A DNA stretch of 64,000 nt from NCBI RefSeq assembly GCF_000372725.1, contig NW_005201287.1, positions 899,081 to 963,080 on the forward strand. Reading direction: 5' to 3'. Within the stretch, counting starts at the first letter, position 1. Each line of letters opens with the position of its first letter. Origin of the DNA: Emiliania huxleyi CCMP1516 (taxonomy: Eukaryota). This document shows, one piece after another, positions 45,106-55,400 of this stretch. Both the position numbers and the translations under genes were made by a program. The notes beneath the pieces are model-generated. The model had not been told where the DNA came from. It worked only from the letters and a program-made list of their open reading frames with translations, and made no database searches.

Positions 45106-46230
45106 TCACTGCCCGCCCACGACGAGCGCCGCCGTCGGGACGCGGCCGCGCAGGTAGAAGAGTGGGTAGGCCTTTGCGCCGAGCGTGCACGGCAGATTGG
45201 TGATGACTGCCTGCGGCGCCGCCCCCTCCTCGGCGTGCGAGTAGACCCACGGCACCGTCGCGGCCAGCTCGGCGGGCAGCATGCCGTTGAAGGGCGGCGG
45301 GTGCCCCTGCGTCGAGACGGCGAGCTTCACCTCGCTCCCGTCCCGGAGCCGGACCGGCGTCCCCTCCTCGACGCCGCCGCCGCGCTGCCGCTTGGCGGCC
45401 GGCCCTCCGCCTCTCGCCGCGTCGAGCAGCAGCCGGAGCAGGTCGGCGACCTTCATCAGCAGCGAGTCGGCGAGGTAGTCGGCGCCGGGCACCTGCGGGA
45501 CACGTCCGTGACATGTCCGGGACGCGTGAGGGGCATGTCCTGGAGACGGAGAGGGGGGGGCGTCGCTCGCCCCCTCCGCGAGCCGCTGGCCGCAAAACTC
45601 GAGCTCGATCTCGTGCTGCACGGGCGCGAGCCGCGCCGCCTGCGCGAGGGAGGCGAGTGGAGGGGCGGTCGTCAAGGGGCTGAATCGCGGCGCGGGGAGC
45701 CGAGGCGGCGCGGGGAGCCGAGGCGGGTGTGCGGCGGCGGCTGCGAGGAGCGGCGAGCCCGGTCCGGCCGCCTGCTCGGTCGGCCCCTGGTTGACTCGCG
45801 TGAGCTCAAAGGCGAACATGCCCTTGTGCACAAAGCTGACGCGCCGCTTCCGGCGCCAGAGCACCACGTCCGAGTCGTCGCGCGGCGCCTCAAACTCGGA
45901 GGAGATGGCGAAGCGGACCGCGTGCCTGCACTGGGCGGTCGCCTGCACGAGAAGCGGCTGCACCGACTTGCCCTTGCGCAAAAAGGTGCGCTGCTGGGTG
46001 GCCACGTCGATCGTCTCGCGCACGCCCGTCGCGTGCATCAAGTCGATCGTCTCGTGCTCAGCCGGTGTGTTGGACCAGCCCCGGTTGCGCCAGAGCGAGG
46101 CCATCACAGCCTCGAAGCCCGCCTGGTCCACGTCCTTGACGCGCGCCTCGACCTCCATCCTCGGGTCGCGGCGGTGCTGCTCGAACCACTGCAGCAGCAC
46201 GTGGCGGGCCTCGCGGGCGAGGTACTCCAT
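45106..46230 (-). CDS. Triphosphate tunnel metalloenzyme (CYTH / mRNA triphosphatase-like)
   Basis: EVEAR, VRFAISSE, RRKRRVSF, FELTRV, HEIELE; two probable introns. Confidence 0.72.
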   Translation of the reverse strand: MEYLAREARHVLLQWFEQHRRDPRMEVEARVKDVDQAGFEAVMASLWRNRGWSNTPAEHETIDLMHATGVRETIDVATQQRTFLRKGKSVQPLLVQATAQCRHAVRFAISSEFEAPRDDSDVVLWRRKRRVSFVHKGMFAFELTRVNQGPTEQAAGPGSPLLAAAAAHPPRLPAPPRLPAPRFSPLTTAPPLASLAQAARLAPVQHEIELEFCGQRLAEGASDAPPSPSPGHAPHASRTCHGRVPQVPGADYLADSLLMKVADLLRLLLDAARGGGPAAKRQRGGGVEEGTPVRLRDGSEVKLAVSTQGHPPPFNGMLPAELAATVPWVYSHAEEGAAPQAVITNLPCTLGAKAYPLFYLRGRVPTAALVVGGQ

Positions 46231-46379
46231 GTCTGTGCGAGCGTAAGCGCGGAAAGAGAAGAAAATTAAAGCGCCATGAGCTGGGTCCATTGAACAGGCG
46301 AACTTTTTGTTTTTTACCCCAGCTGGCCCGCTTTTTGTTCTTCTGTGGCCCTCAGCATGTACGAGCCAACCACACAGCG

Positions 46380-46855
46380 CTGGAGTCGCTCGCCGCGGCC
46401 CTCACAGCCCTTGCTGTTGGTGGCTACTGGGGCTGGAGGTACCTCGTAGACGCGCTCGGCCTGACTAGCGGCTGGGCGCACGCGACGCTGGCCGGATATA
46501 CCGCGGCACGACGCGATGCTTTCCCATCGTGCTGGTTGCTGCCTCCATGGTTGGCACGATGGCCGCCGGCCGGCTTGCTGCTGCTGCTGCTGCAGGCATG
46601 GCAGCGAGCAGACGCGGCTGCTCCACCCACCCCTGCGACACGGAGGGGGGAGCCCCTCGACAGGAGCCACAGGGGCCGTACCCTTGCGCTGTGCTGCAGA
46701 CCGCGCACCCGGAAGCGCTTCTTGAGGATGCACAAGGCCACCCCACGCACACCGTGCACGTGGGACGGCCGAGTCTAGACTTGCTGGTCCGGGCAGCGGC
46801 GGCGCAAGCCGAGACGCGCCATTTGGCGGTGGCGGCGTGCGGACCGGCCGTGCTG
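46380..46855 (+). pseudogene. C-terminal fragment of a ferric reductase/NOX NAD-binding domain
   Basis: VHVGRPSLDLL..LAVAACGPAVL; frame break; no room for an N-terminus before 46230. Confidence 0.45.
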
Positions 46856-46952
46856 GTAAGGCTACCGGTACCTGCGCTCGCAGTACCCGCCGTCGTCGCC
46901 CGCTCACCCGTTTCACCGCAACGAGTTTTCGCTGCCCGGCTCGTCACGCCGC

Positions 46953-47264
46953 ATGTCCTCCGGCCCCTTCGTTCGCCACATAAAAGAGCTCGAGGCGCGC
47001 TGCCGAGGCGAGCCGCGCCGCGGGCCAGCCTTCTCCTGGTTTGACGATGACTCTGACCTCCTCGCGTCAGCCAAGGCGCGGCACCTGCAGTACCATCGCC
47101 GCACTGGCCCTGGTGTGGCAGGCGAGGGGGAGGAGGAGGAGGAGGAGGAGGAGGAGATGCAGGCGGCGCTGCGTGCCTCACGCCTGGCGGAGGCTGACGA
47201 GCGTGCCGCACACGAGGCGGCGGATTTGGATGCGGCACTCGAGTTGTCCCGACAGGTGTATTGA
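46953..47264 (+). CDS. Small ORF with two UIM-like motifs
   Basis: EEEMQAALRASR and DLDAALELSR. Confidence 0.4.
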   Translation: MSSGPFVRHIKELEARCRGEPRRGPAFSWFDDDSDLLASAKARHLQYHRRTGPGVAGEGEEEEEEEEEMQAALRASRLAEADERAAHEAADLDAALELSRQVY

Positions 47265-47362
47265 GAAGTGTCATGTGTGCAGCGTGTGGTCTGCCTTTAC
47301 TCCAGTACGTGGTCGGAATTGGTCAGACCTCGCAGCATGAAGAGTAGCATGAAAGCACACGA

Positions 47363-48544
47363 CTAACCCTGACCGGTACCTCCAAAACCAAATGTGCTCC
47401 CCGCCGATGAGCCCCACAATCCCGGCACGTAGGCGGTGGCGGCGCGAAACTCGTCGATGCGCGGCGCGCAGAGCACGCGCGCGCCCACGCGCTCCTCGAG
47501 CGCGGCGAGGTCGCACAGCAGCCGCACGGCGCCCGCGCGGTACACTGCCGCGTCGACGGCCGTCATCGCGTCAAGGCGTCGCAGCGTGCTGGCGGGGAGC
47601 TCGGACAGCCGGAGCCGGCGCTGCTTGTGCTGGCCCGGGTTGCTGATGTGCGCCCGCTTCGACCCGCCGCCGGGACCGCCCTCGCCCCCCTCTCCTGGCT
47701 CACGCCCGCTGGCCGCTCGACTGGAGACGGAGCCGGACAGAGGCGACCACGCCGCGCCGGCCGCACCCTGGCCGGCGGCGCAGAGGCAGCGGGGCGGGAG
47801 GGCGCCCTTGAGGCGGTACTCTGCGAGGCAGAGCGACTCGTCGAGCAGCTCGAGCAGCCCGATGAAGTCGGCGCTGTGCACCGCCGCCACCGCGGCACCT
47901 CGCGGAGGCGTCGCGTCGGCGGCGCGGCCTCCGGCGTGGTGCGCGCAGGGTGCGCTGCAGGTGCGGACGTAGTCGGCGTTCCACTGCGGGTCGGAGCAAG
48001 TGAGCGTGCGCGCGACCATGTTGAGCGGGTTGTACCCCCAAAAGTCCCCGTGTGCCGGCGCCCAGCCCTCGCCAAAGTGAGCCGCCCAGAGGCCGATCCC
48101 TTCTGCCAGCCCGCCGGTGCCGTTGCCCCAAGGGTAGCCCGCCGCCCGCCGCCGCGCGACCCTGCCCGAGTGGGCCCCGTGCAGATACATGGACAGCACG
48201 TGCGCGCGAGGGTGGCGCAAAAAGACGATGTTGATGCGCGACGGGTGCACAAACGGAGGGTAGCACTGCTCCGCGCCGCCGACCGGCGCCCTGAGCTTCT
48301 GCAGCTCGGCGCGGACGGAGCGTCCGCCCGTCTTTGCGATGTGCGTCATGTGCAACACCCGAGTAGAGTTCACCCACGAGCTGAGCCTTCCGCTGCCGCT
48401 GCGCTCGCCGCGGCCAGCACCGGTCGACTCTGCATACGCGAGGATATTTGGGTGCGCCGGCGCCCGGCGCGGCGCAACCTCGCGGTGGTGCGCAGCGAAG
48501 GCTTGCAGGTCCTCGCATGCGGCTGCCCACTGCATCAGGCACAC
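47363..48544 (-). CDS. Sulfotransferase (family 2-like)
   Basis: HMTHIAKTGGRS (5'-PSB loop), FLRHPRAHVLSMY (3'-PB), FIGLLELLDESL, DAAVY. Confidence 0.8.
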   Translation of the reverse strand: MCLMQWAAACEDLQAFAAHHREVAPRRAPAHPNILAYAESTGAGRGERSGSGRLSSWVNSTRVLHMTHIAKTGGRSVRAELQKLRAPVGGAEQCYPPFVHPSRINIVFLRHPRAHVLSMYLHGAHSGRVARRRAAGYPWGNGTGGLAEGIGLWAAHFGEGWAPAHGDFWGYNPLNMVARTLTCSDPQWNADYVRTCSAPCAHHAGGRAADATPPRGAAVAAVHSADFIGLLELLDESLCLAEYRLKGALPPRCLCAAGQGAAGAAWSPLSGSVSSRAASGREPGEGGEGGPGGGSKRAHISNPGQHKQRRLRLSELPASTLRRLDAMTAVDAAVYRAGAVRLLCDLAALEERVGARVLCAPRIDEFRAATAYVPGLWGSSAGSTFGFGGTGQG

Positions 48545-48618
48545 CCACTGCGTTAGTCAGGTGTTCAAGAGCGTGTTGCCTCGCTGAAAAGAATTTTACT
48601 GGAATTTGAGAGCAAGGC

Positions 48619-51047
48619 TCTCCTTAGAGCCAGTTTTTGCCACTTCGGTTAGCTCTTGTGGGTCCGATATCGAGACCCAAATATCTGACCCCGGAAATAG
48701 AGGCCATGAGAGCAGTTTTTGCCAATGCTTCGCCTTCGGGGTCTCTAATAAAGCCTGCGCCCGACGGGGCAATCCAAGCGCAGGCCCCGCACGCGGCCCT
48801 GCTGCCATCCCGTCGGCTGAAATCGACCAGGCCCATCGCCGTGGGCCGAACGACGCACCGGCCGATTGTTTGAGCAATGGCCTGTGCTGCGGCCATCTCG
48901 GACGTTCAAGCGGCGCCAGCCAGCGGCTCGGCCGCGCATCCTTCACACACGCCGCCACGACCGGGATGAGAGGGCCCGGTGTCGAGCCCTGGTGCGAGCT
49001 TCATGTGAGGGGCGGCTGTGGCCACAGCAGGTCCACCAGATGGATCTCAAAAGCTTGCCGTCGGCGTGCTGTCGTGGCGGTGCCCGACACGCATTGAGAG
49101 GAGCCGAGAAAAGCAGCGGGTGTGGGGCTTCCACGGCTGCCAAGTGGTGGTCCATGACCATTCTGAGCAGGGCTGTGCTTTGGTGGGGCTGTGCTTGAGC
49201 ATGTGTGAACTGGGAGTGCGTGCCGGCGGTGTCTGTGGGTGAAACAGGCGTGTGTGAGGCTGCAAGAGCCGTGGTATGAGCCAGAGTGAGCTTCATCACC
49301 CAAAGTAAGGACGGTGATAGAGATTCCGAGATCCTACAGAGGGAAGAGAATGGTGAAGACGAGGCGCAAACGAGAGGGCAGACGCGAGAGAAGGTGAGCA
49401 AAGGAAAAAACGCTTAGTGGCAGATGCATACCCGGAGACAAGGTCATACGCGGACTCTCCAGCCTCTCGGCTCACCACCTCGCCTTCTCTGTTGCTCTCC
49501 AGGCCCAGGCCCATCCGTAGCAAGCCTGAGGTGTCTGAAACCACACTTATCTTGGGTCTTCAAGCCCACACCGGCTCGTGATGCCACGGAGAGGGCTCGA
49601 GATTGTCCCCGGTAGACCCCATCCGAGGCGATTGCGAGGGCATTACGGAGGTCATTATCGGCGCCAACGACCGCGATATGTCCCGTCCCGCAGCCCTCAT
49701 GCACCAGGGTCATGGGTGCAGTCATAATATGTAGGCCTTCTCTCCCACAGTTTTGAGCAATAGCCGCAAACAACGCTTTTTGGCACTTGCATCGTGACAA
49801 GGTCACCCGCGGACTCTCCAGCCTCTCAGCTCACCACCTCGCCTTCTCTGTTGCTCTCCAGGCCCAGGCCTATCAGTAGCAGGCCTGAGGTGTCTGAAAC
49901 CGCACTCAACTCGGGTCTTCAAGCCCACACCGGCTCGTGGTGCCAAGGAGAGGGCTCGAGATTGTCCCCGGTAGACCCCATCCGAGGCGATTGCGAGGGC
50001 TTTCCGGAGGTTATCATCGGCGCCAACGACCGCGATACGTCCCGTCCCGCAGCCCTCATGCACCAGAGTCATGGGTACAGTCATAATATGTAGGCCTTCT
50101 CTCCCACAGTTTTGAGCAATAGCCGCAAACAACGCTTTTTGGCACTTGCATCTCGTGTGAACACGCACACCGGCCATGCCGACGAAGCGGCTTCCCAGCT
50201 CGCCAGCTCGCCTTCTCTGTCGCTCTCCTGGCCCAGGCCCATCAGGATCAACCCTGGGCTGTCCCAGACCGTCCTTACTTTGGGTGATGAAGCTCACTCT
50301 GGCTCATACCACGGCTCTTGCAGCCTCACACACGCCTGTTTCACCCACAGACACCGCCGGCACGCACTCCCAGTTCACACATGCTCAAGCACAGCCCCAC
50401 CAAAGCACAGCCCTGCTCAGAATGGTCATGGACCACCACTTGGCGACCCAGGTAGCCTCTGGCTCGCCACTGCACTCGGCTCCTCTGCAGCGGTCTCGGG
50501 CTCTCCCCACGACAGCACGCCGACGGCAGCTTTGACGTCCATCTGGTGAACCTGCTGTGGCCACAGCCGCCCCTCACATGAAGCTCGCACCAGGGCTCGA
50601 CACCGGGCCCGCTCATCCCGGTCGTGGCGGCGTGTGTGAAGGATGCGCGGCCGAGCCGCTGGCTGGCGCCGCTTGAACGTCCGAGATGGCCGCAGCACAG
50701 GCCACGCGTCGCGCCGCCGGCCAAGCCCAGCCTCTCGGCGGACCCCGGCCGTGCCAGAGGCAGCCCAGGTGGCGCGTGGAGCCGCGGCTCGGCGCTGGGA
50801 GCGCGCACGGACAAATGTGAGACGCAGCGCGACCCTAAGGAAAATTAGGCGCGGGCGCCGGGCAACGCAGTGGCAAGCAAACCTTTGATTTTGAAGCAAG
50901 GTCTGATATTTGGGTCTCGGATTTCAAGATTAGAGACCCCTGGAGAGCTAACGAAGTGGCAAAAACAGGCTCTTAAAATCCCTGTGTGGTGGCGGCGTGC
51001 CGTCCTCCCATCCCTCCCTTGGGTTGTCTGTTTTCTTTCTTTCTTTT
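48619..51047 (+). mobile_element. Short (CTTT)n retroposon copy split by the foldback element
   Basis: tctcctta|aaatccctgtgtgg..ttcttt; TSD agcaaggc at 48611-48618 and 51048-51055. Confidence 0.8.
48627..50972. mobile_element. Foldback-type non-autonomous element with TTA TSD (PIF/Harbinger-like)
   Basis: TIR gagcc(a/t)gtttttgccacttcg; TTA at 48624-48626 and 50973-50975; inverted arms ~48880-49315 / ~50267-50703; internal tandem duplication ~49437-49793 / ~49796-50152. Confidence 0.85.
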
Positions 51048-51129
51048 AGCAAGGCAGACGGCAGCGGCGTCTCAGAACGAGGCCGAGGAGAGCGATGAGT
51101 CAGAGGATGAAACAGCAGGGGAGAGAACG

Positions 51130-51998
51130 CTGAGGGAGGGTGTAGAGGATGTAGAGTGTAGAGCGCTGTAGAGCTGTAGAGATGTAGAGCGCTGGAGAGC
51201 GCTGTAGAGCTGTAGAGCTCTACATCCGGCGCGTGACGTTGTGAGTCGCCTGTAGAGCGATGTAGAGCGCGATTTTGCTGTAGAGTTTGTTGTAGACTCT
51301 ACAGCCAAACCGCCGGGAAGGCAGTGACTCAAAGAGGTCGAGCCGCGCTAATGGGGTGTCTCCGAGCTTACTGGAGCTCTGATGGACAGCCCTGACTATC
51401 CCTGACACACAGAGAGTCACTCTGACGGCACACAACACCCTATGACTGCGTCATGACCAGCCTGCCATGCGTCGCCAGTGCCGCATTCGTCGCTGTGCTT
51501 CTTTAGCAGGCGGTGGACTGTCGGCTGCGAGGACGGTCGCATTTGCGCGAGGCGAGGCGAGCATTCAGACGCGTTGCATGCGCCATGACTCGCGCCAGCG
51601 CGTGCGGGAGCTCCTGGCTGAGCGTTGAGTCCAGGCGAGTTGCGCTGGCCACTATCGCTACGCCGAGCCGAGCTGACGCGCCGAGGCGCCGGCCAGTCGC
51701 AGCCGTGAGGCATGCCACAGCAGCAGAGGCACCTCCCACCCATTGGGCGGGCAGACAGAAGGCTAGGGCAGCACTGGCAAGTGCAACGCGCCTCATGTCG
51801 GAGAGCGACCGTGCCTCGTTCGCCGCTTATGATGTAGAGTTTGTTGTAGAGATTTCACGTTGTAGAGCGCCTCTACATCGCTCTACAGGCGACTCACATC
51901 GTCACGCGGCGGATGTAGAGCTCTACAGCTCTACAGCGCTCTCCAGCTCTACAGCTCTACAGCGCTCTACACTCTACATCCTCTACACCCTCCCTCAG
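51130..51998. mobile_element. MITE with CTGAGGGAGGG TIRs, tgtagag subterminal repeats and 8-bp TSD
   Basis: TSD agagaacg at 51122-51129 and 51999-52006. Confidence 0.9.
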
Positions 51999-52465
51999 AG
52001 AGAACGAGGACGAGAGTGAGAAGAACGAGAGGTGGCATGAAGGTCGCTGCGAGAATTGGTGAGAAACTGCGAACAGAGATAGGAAGAGGTTGACGCCCGA
52101 GGGTGGGCGACGGCTAGCACCACACCCCTCTCCTTAAGGTTCCCCGGGCCACTTTCGGGGGGCAAACCCTGCCCGGCCCCTAGAACCCCAGGTAAGGCCC
52201 AGGTGTGGCCTAGGGCATCAGAAGGGACCAAGAGGAGTCCAGTCTGAGCCATAGAGCCCATGTCTTTGCCCCCGAAGGTCGCGTTCAAATGCCCGGAACG
52301 GCCGTCTCAGTGGTGTCCGGCCGGCGCGATCACCGAGCTGTGACGCTCAGGGAAGCCTGATGAGGTGCTGGTTTCTTTGGCCAGGGCTGGCCTACGGCCC
52401 GTGCTGGATCAGCTGAGCAAGGTTTGGGGAGAATCCTATAGTAGGATCTTCAGATATTTTGACGG

Positions 52466-53392
52466 ATGACCAAAATCAGTCGTTCCTCTGTGCTCTTTGC
52501 AGCATGCCTCGATGAGCTGCGGCACGCGAGGGAGCAACAGCCTGCGCATGACGAGCCAGCACGACCTGAACAGGCAGCAAGGGTGGCTATCCCATCGCCA
52601 GCGGGGCCGCCCGCTGCAGCGCCAGCAAAGCAACCCACCGCGCCAGCGCAACCCACCGCCGCGCCAGCAAAGCAACCCATCGCCGCGCCAGCAAAGGCCG
52701 CATCGTCATCGAAGCCGCCGGTCGCCAAGCCAGCACCTGGAGGGACGGATTTGCCAAAGAGAGCCCCTCCGCCCCCTCCACCGCCACGGGGAGGGGAGGC
52801 GGCGAGCTCGGTGTCCGCTAAGGCAGCAACGTTTAAGGTCAAGAGCCCTCCGGAGAGAGCGCCACCGCCGCCCCCTCCGCGGCGCAAGAGTCTGCAGCCT
52901 CCCGCAGCGTCAAACGGTGCGCTCAAGCTTCTACAGACGCTTCCGCCGCCAATGGAGCGTGGCAAGCTCCCGCCGCGCAAATTCGGCAAAGCGGCTCCAA
53001 CGGAGAGCCGGGACGAGGTGGCTGCAATTCTCGCGGCAGCAGCGGACGCGGCTAGCGCGGGCGAGTTCGAGCTCGGCTTGCGCGGCTTCTTGCGCGCGTT
53101 TGAGGTCACTCGCTCCGCGCCGCTGGTGCTCTCTGCGGCCAACATGCACCTCCAGCTTGGGGAGCTCAACGCTGCGCAGGGGCTATGCACGGCGCTGCGC
53201 GAGCAGGGGGCGGTGGGGCTGTCGGCAGAGCAACTCGCGATGCTCTCGAGCAAGGAGAGCGAGATCCAAACCGCGCAGAGGGTGGCGAAAACCGGAGCCG
53301 CTACCGCAGGCTCCGGCCGAAGCGCAACGGCGTGGCAGCAGAAGCTACAACGCGCAAAATTGGACGCCGAGCGACGGCGGGGAGGGGCGTGA
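52466..53392 (+). CDS. Pro/Ala-rich protein with TPR-like helices
   Basis: AGEFELGLRGFLRAFEV..LSAANMHLQLGELNAAQGL. Confidence 0.55.
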   Translation: MTKISRSSVLFAACLDELRHAREQQPAHDEPARPEQAARVAIPSPAGPPAAAPAKQPTAPAQPTAAPAKQPIAAPAKAASSSKPPVAKPAPGGTDLPKRAPPPPPPPRGGEAASSVSAKAATFKVKSPPERAPPPPPPRRKSLQPPAASNGALKLLQTLPPPMERGKLPPRKFGKAAPTESRDEVAAILAAAADAASAGEFELGLRGFLRAFEVTRSAPLVLSAANMHLQLGELNAAQGLCTALREQGAVGLSAEQLAMLSSKESEIQTAQRVAKTGAATAGSGRSATAWQQKLQRAKLDAERRRGGA

Positions 53393-53762
53393 CCTCGCTG
53401 GACACGGCGCTGAGATATGTCACGATACACGAACGCTATGCTCTTGAGAAAAAACATGTCGAGTTACACACCCTGTGAACAGAGCAGAATAGACCAGTGT
53501 TCGAAAAGGTGGCGGACAGTCACGTCACCGACACACAAAGGGTACACACAGAACACGACACGTGTGCACAGTGAGTCACGCACATGCACACACACACAGG
53601 GTCAGAGAACACGCGACACGTGCAGGGGACTGCGGACTCGTCAAACTGCTCTCCATACACAATCACAAAGTCTATACATCGAGAGAGTAAGCTAAAAGTA
53701 CATGTACATGTGTTAGGGGAGGATACAATGGTGGTTGCTTGCAGCGGCTTCTGTGCCCCTGC

Positions 53763-55240
53763 TCAGATGTCCCAGTAGCTGTCGCTCTGGCCCTCGCGAT
53801 CCCCGCCCTCGAAGAAATCGGCGATGGCGTCAGCGACGTCGTGGTTGGTCGGGGTTGGCCAGAGGCGCAGCACATTGGGCTCGGCGTCGATCGTGATGAG
53901 CGAGTACGTCTTGACGAGGGCGGCGGTGAGCCTCGCCGCCAGCTCCTCGCTCGCAAACTCGACGTGCAGCAGCGGGAAGAGGGGGCGCAGCTGGTACTCC
54001 ACCTCCTCGGGGATAGCGCTCTCGAGCCGTTGGGCGAAGGTGTTGAAGCAGCGGCGGCGGAAGGCGGTGTACTCGCGCGCGAAGAGGAGGAAGCCGAGCG
54101 TGGGGCTCTCTGGGATGCTGGTCACGGGCGCGTGCTTGATCAGTGGGTGAGCGCCCCCGGCCACGGTCACGGCGAGGCCCGTCTCCGCCGCCCGTTCGGC
54201 GCAGCACTCCAGCGGCGCATCGTCGACGAAGAGCAGGCTCGAGAGGCCGAAATCCTTGAAAGAGGACTGCACGAGCCCAAAGGCGGAGGAGAGCAGCGCA
54301 GCCACGCCGTCGGGAGGCGCGTCGGCGCGCAGGTCGAGCACCTCGCGGCTCATCACGCAGCCCGAGAGCGCGGCGTCCACAAAGACGTGCGGCGTGGCGC
54401 CCTGCGCCGACACGTGCCCGAGGAGCCCCTGAAACCACGCGAGCTCTGTCGCGCGGCCAGAGACGGTGTTGGCGAGCGTGAAGACGGCCACCACAAAGTC
54501 GCCGTCGCGCAGCCTCAGACCGTGGGCGTCGTCGCTCCCGACGGCGACAGGGCAGTGGTGCAGGTAAGGGTGCGTCTCGTAGCTGTTCATGATGTTGCGC
54601 CAGCAGTAGTGCGCATCGGAGGGGACCAGCAGCCGGATCGGCCGCTCCCGCTGCTCCGCCTCGACGGCGAGGAGGGAGACGAAGGCCTACACCCGCACGA
54701 ACGTCTTGCGGGGGCGAGAAGGGCATTGTGGGGCGCAGCAAAAGAAGACGCCTCAATCGACTTGGTGGTGGACGGGAAGAGCTCAAAGTGGCATGTGGGG
54801 CCGGAACGGAAGAAGTCGTTGCAGACCGAGTCGAAGAAGGCAGGCTCCTTGATGAGGCACGCGTTTGAAAGCTGGAGCCGTCCCCCGGTGGTGCCGCCCG
54901 CGTTGTTCATAAGCGATCCGGCACGCATCCGCTGCAGCATCTCGGTCACCTCGGCGGGCACACGGCACTGTACGCTGAGGTACGTGATGAAGATATCGAG
55001 GACCGCCTGCTGGTTGAGTACAGGGACGCCATGGTTGCGCCGCAGCAGCTCCTGGCCCTGGGCGAAGCGGTCAAACAGAGTTCGGCAGAGTTCGATCCGG
55101 CTGCCAGGCTTTGCTGCGGGAGGCGCAACCGCGAGAGGTGCGGTGGTGGCCGCGGCCAGGCCGACGACGGCAGAGACAGGTGTCTGCGAAAGCCTCAGGC
55201 GAGAGTCAACGGCGAGGCAGAGGACGGACCACATCGACAC
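53763..55240 (-). CDS. Divergent group II PLP-dependent decarboxylase-like protein
   Basis: MNNAG, STTKSIE|AF, SDAHYCW, FTLANTVSG, VFVDAALSG, QSSFKDFG in the expected order. Confidence 0.6.
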
Positions 55241-55400
55241 ACGTCCTGTCGGGGCTCTAGTCTAGTCGTTGCCGGGTGGGTGGGACAGGGCGCGAATGGC
55301 CGATCGTTTGATATTTTATTGTCGCCACCAGGCCGCGAGGCCGGTGAATGCAGAAATGCCCTAAGGAGACCGGGCCCCGAAAACGATGCGCTTCGGCGGT

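Noticed and set aside
8581..48544. Sulfated-polysaccharide gene cluster (sulfatase, GT47, sulfotransferase)
   Set aside because: The genes are spread over 40 kb among unrelated genes, and these are commonly large families.
52137..52437. Second Harbinger-like insertion at TTA
   Set aside because: The right TIR is poor and the retroposon does not resume afterwards; kept only as a hint.
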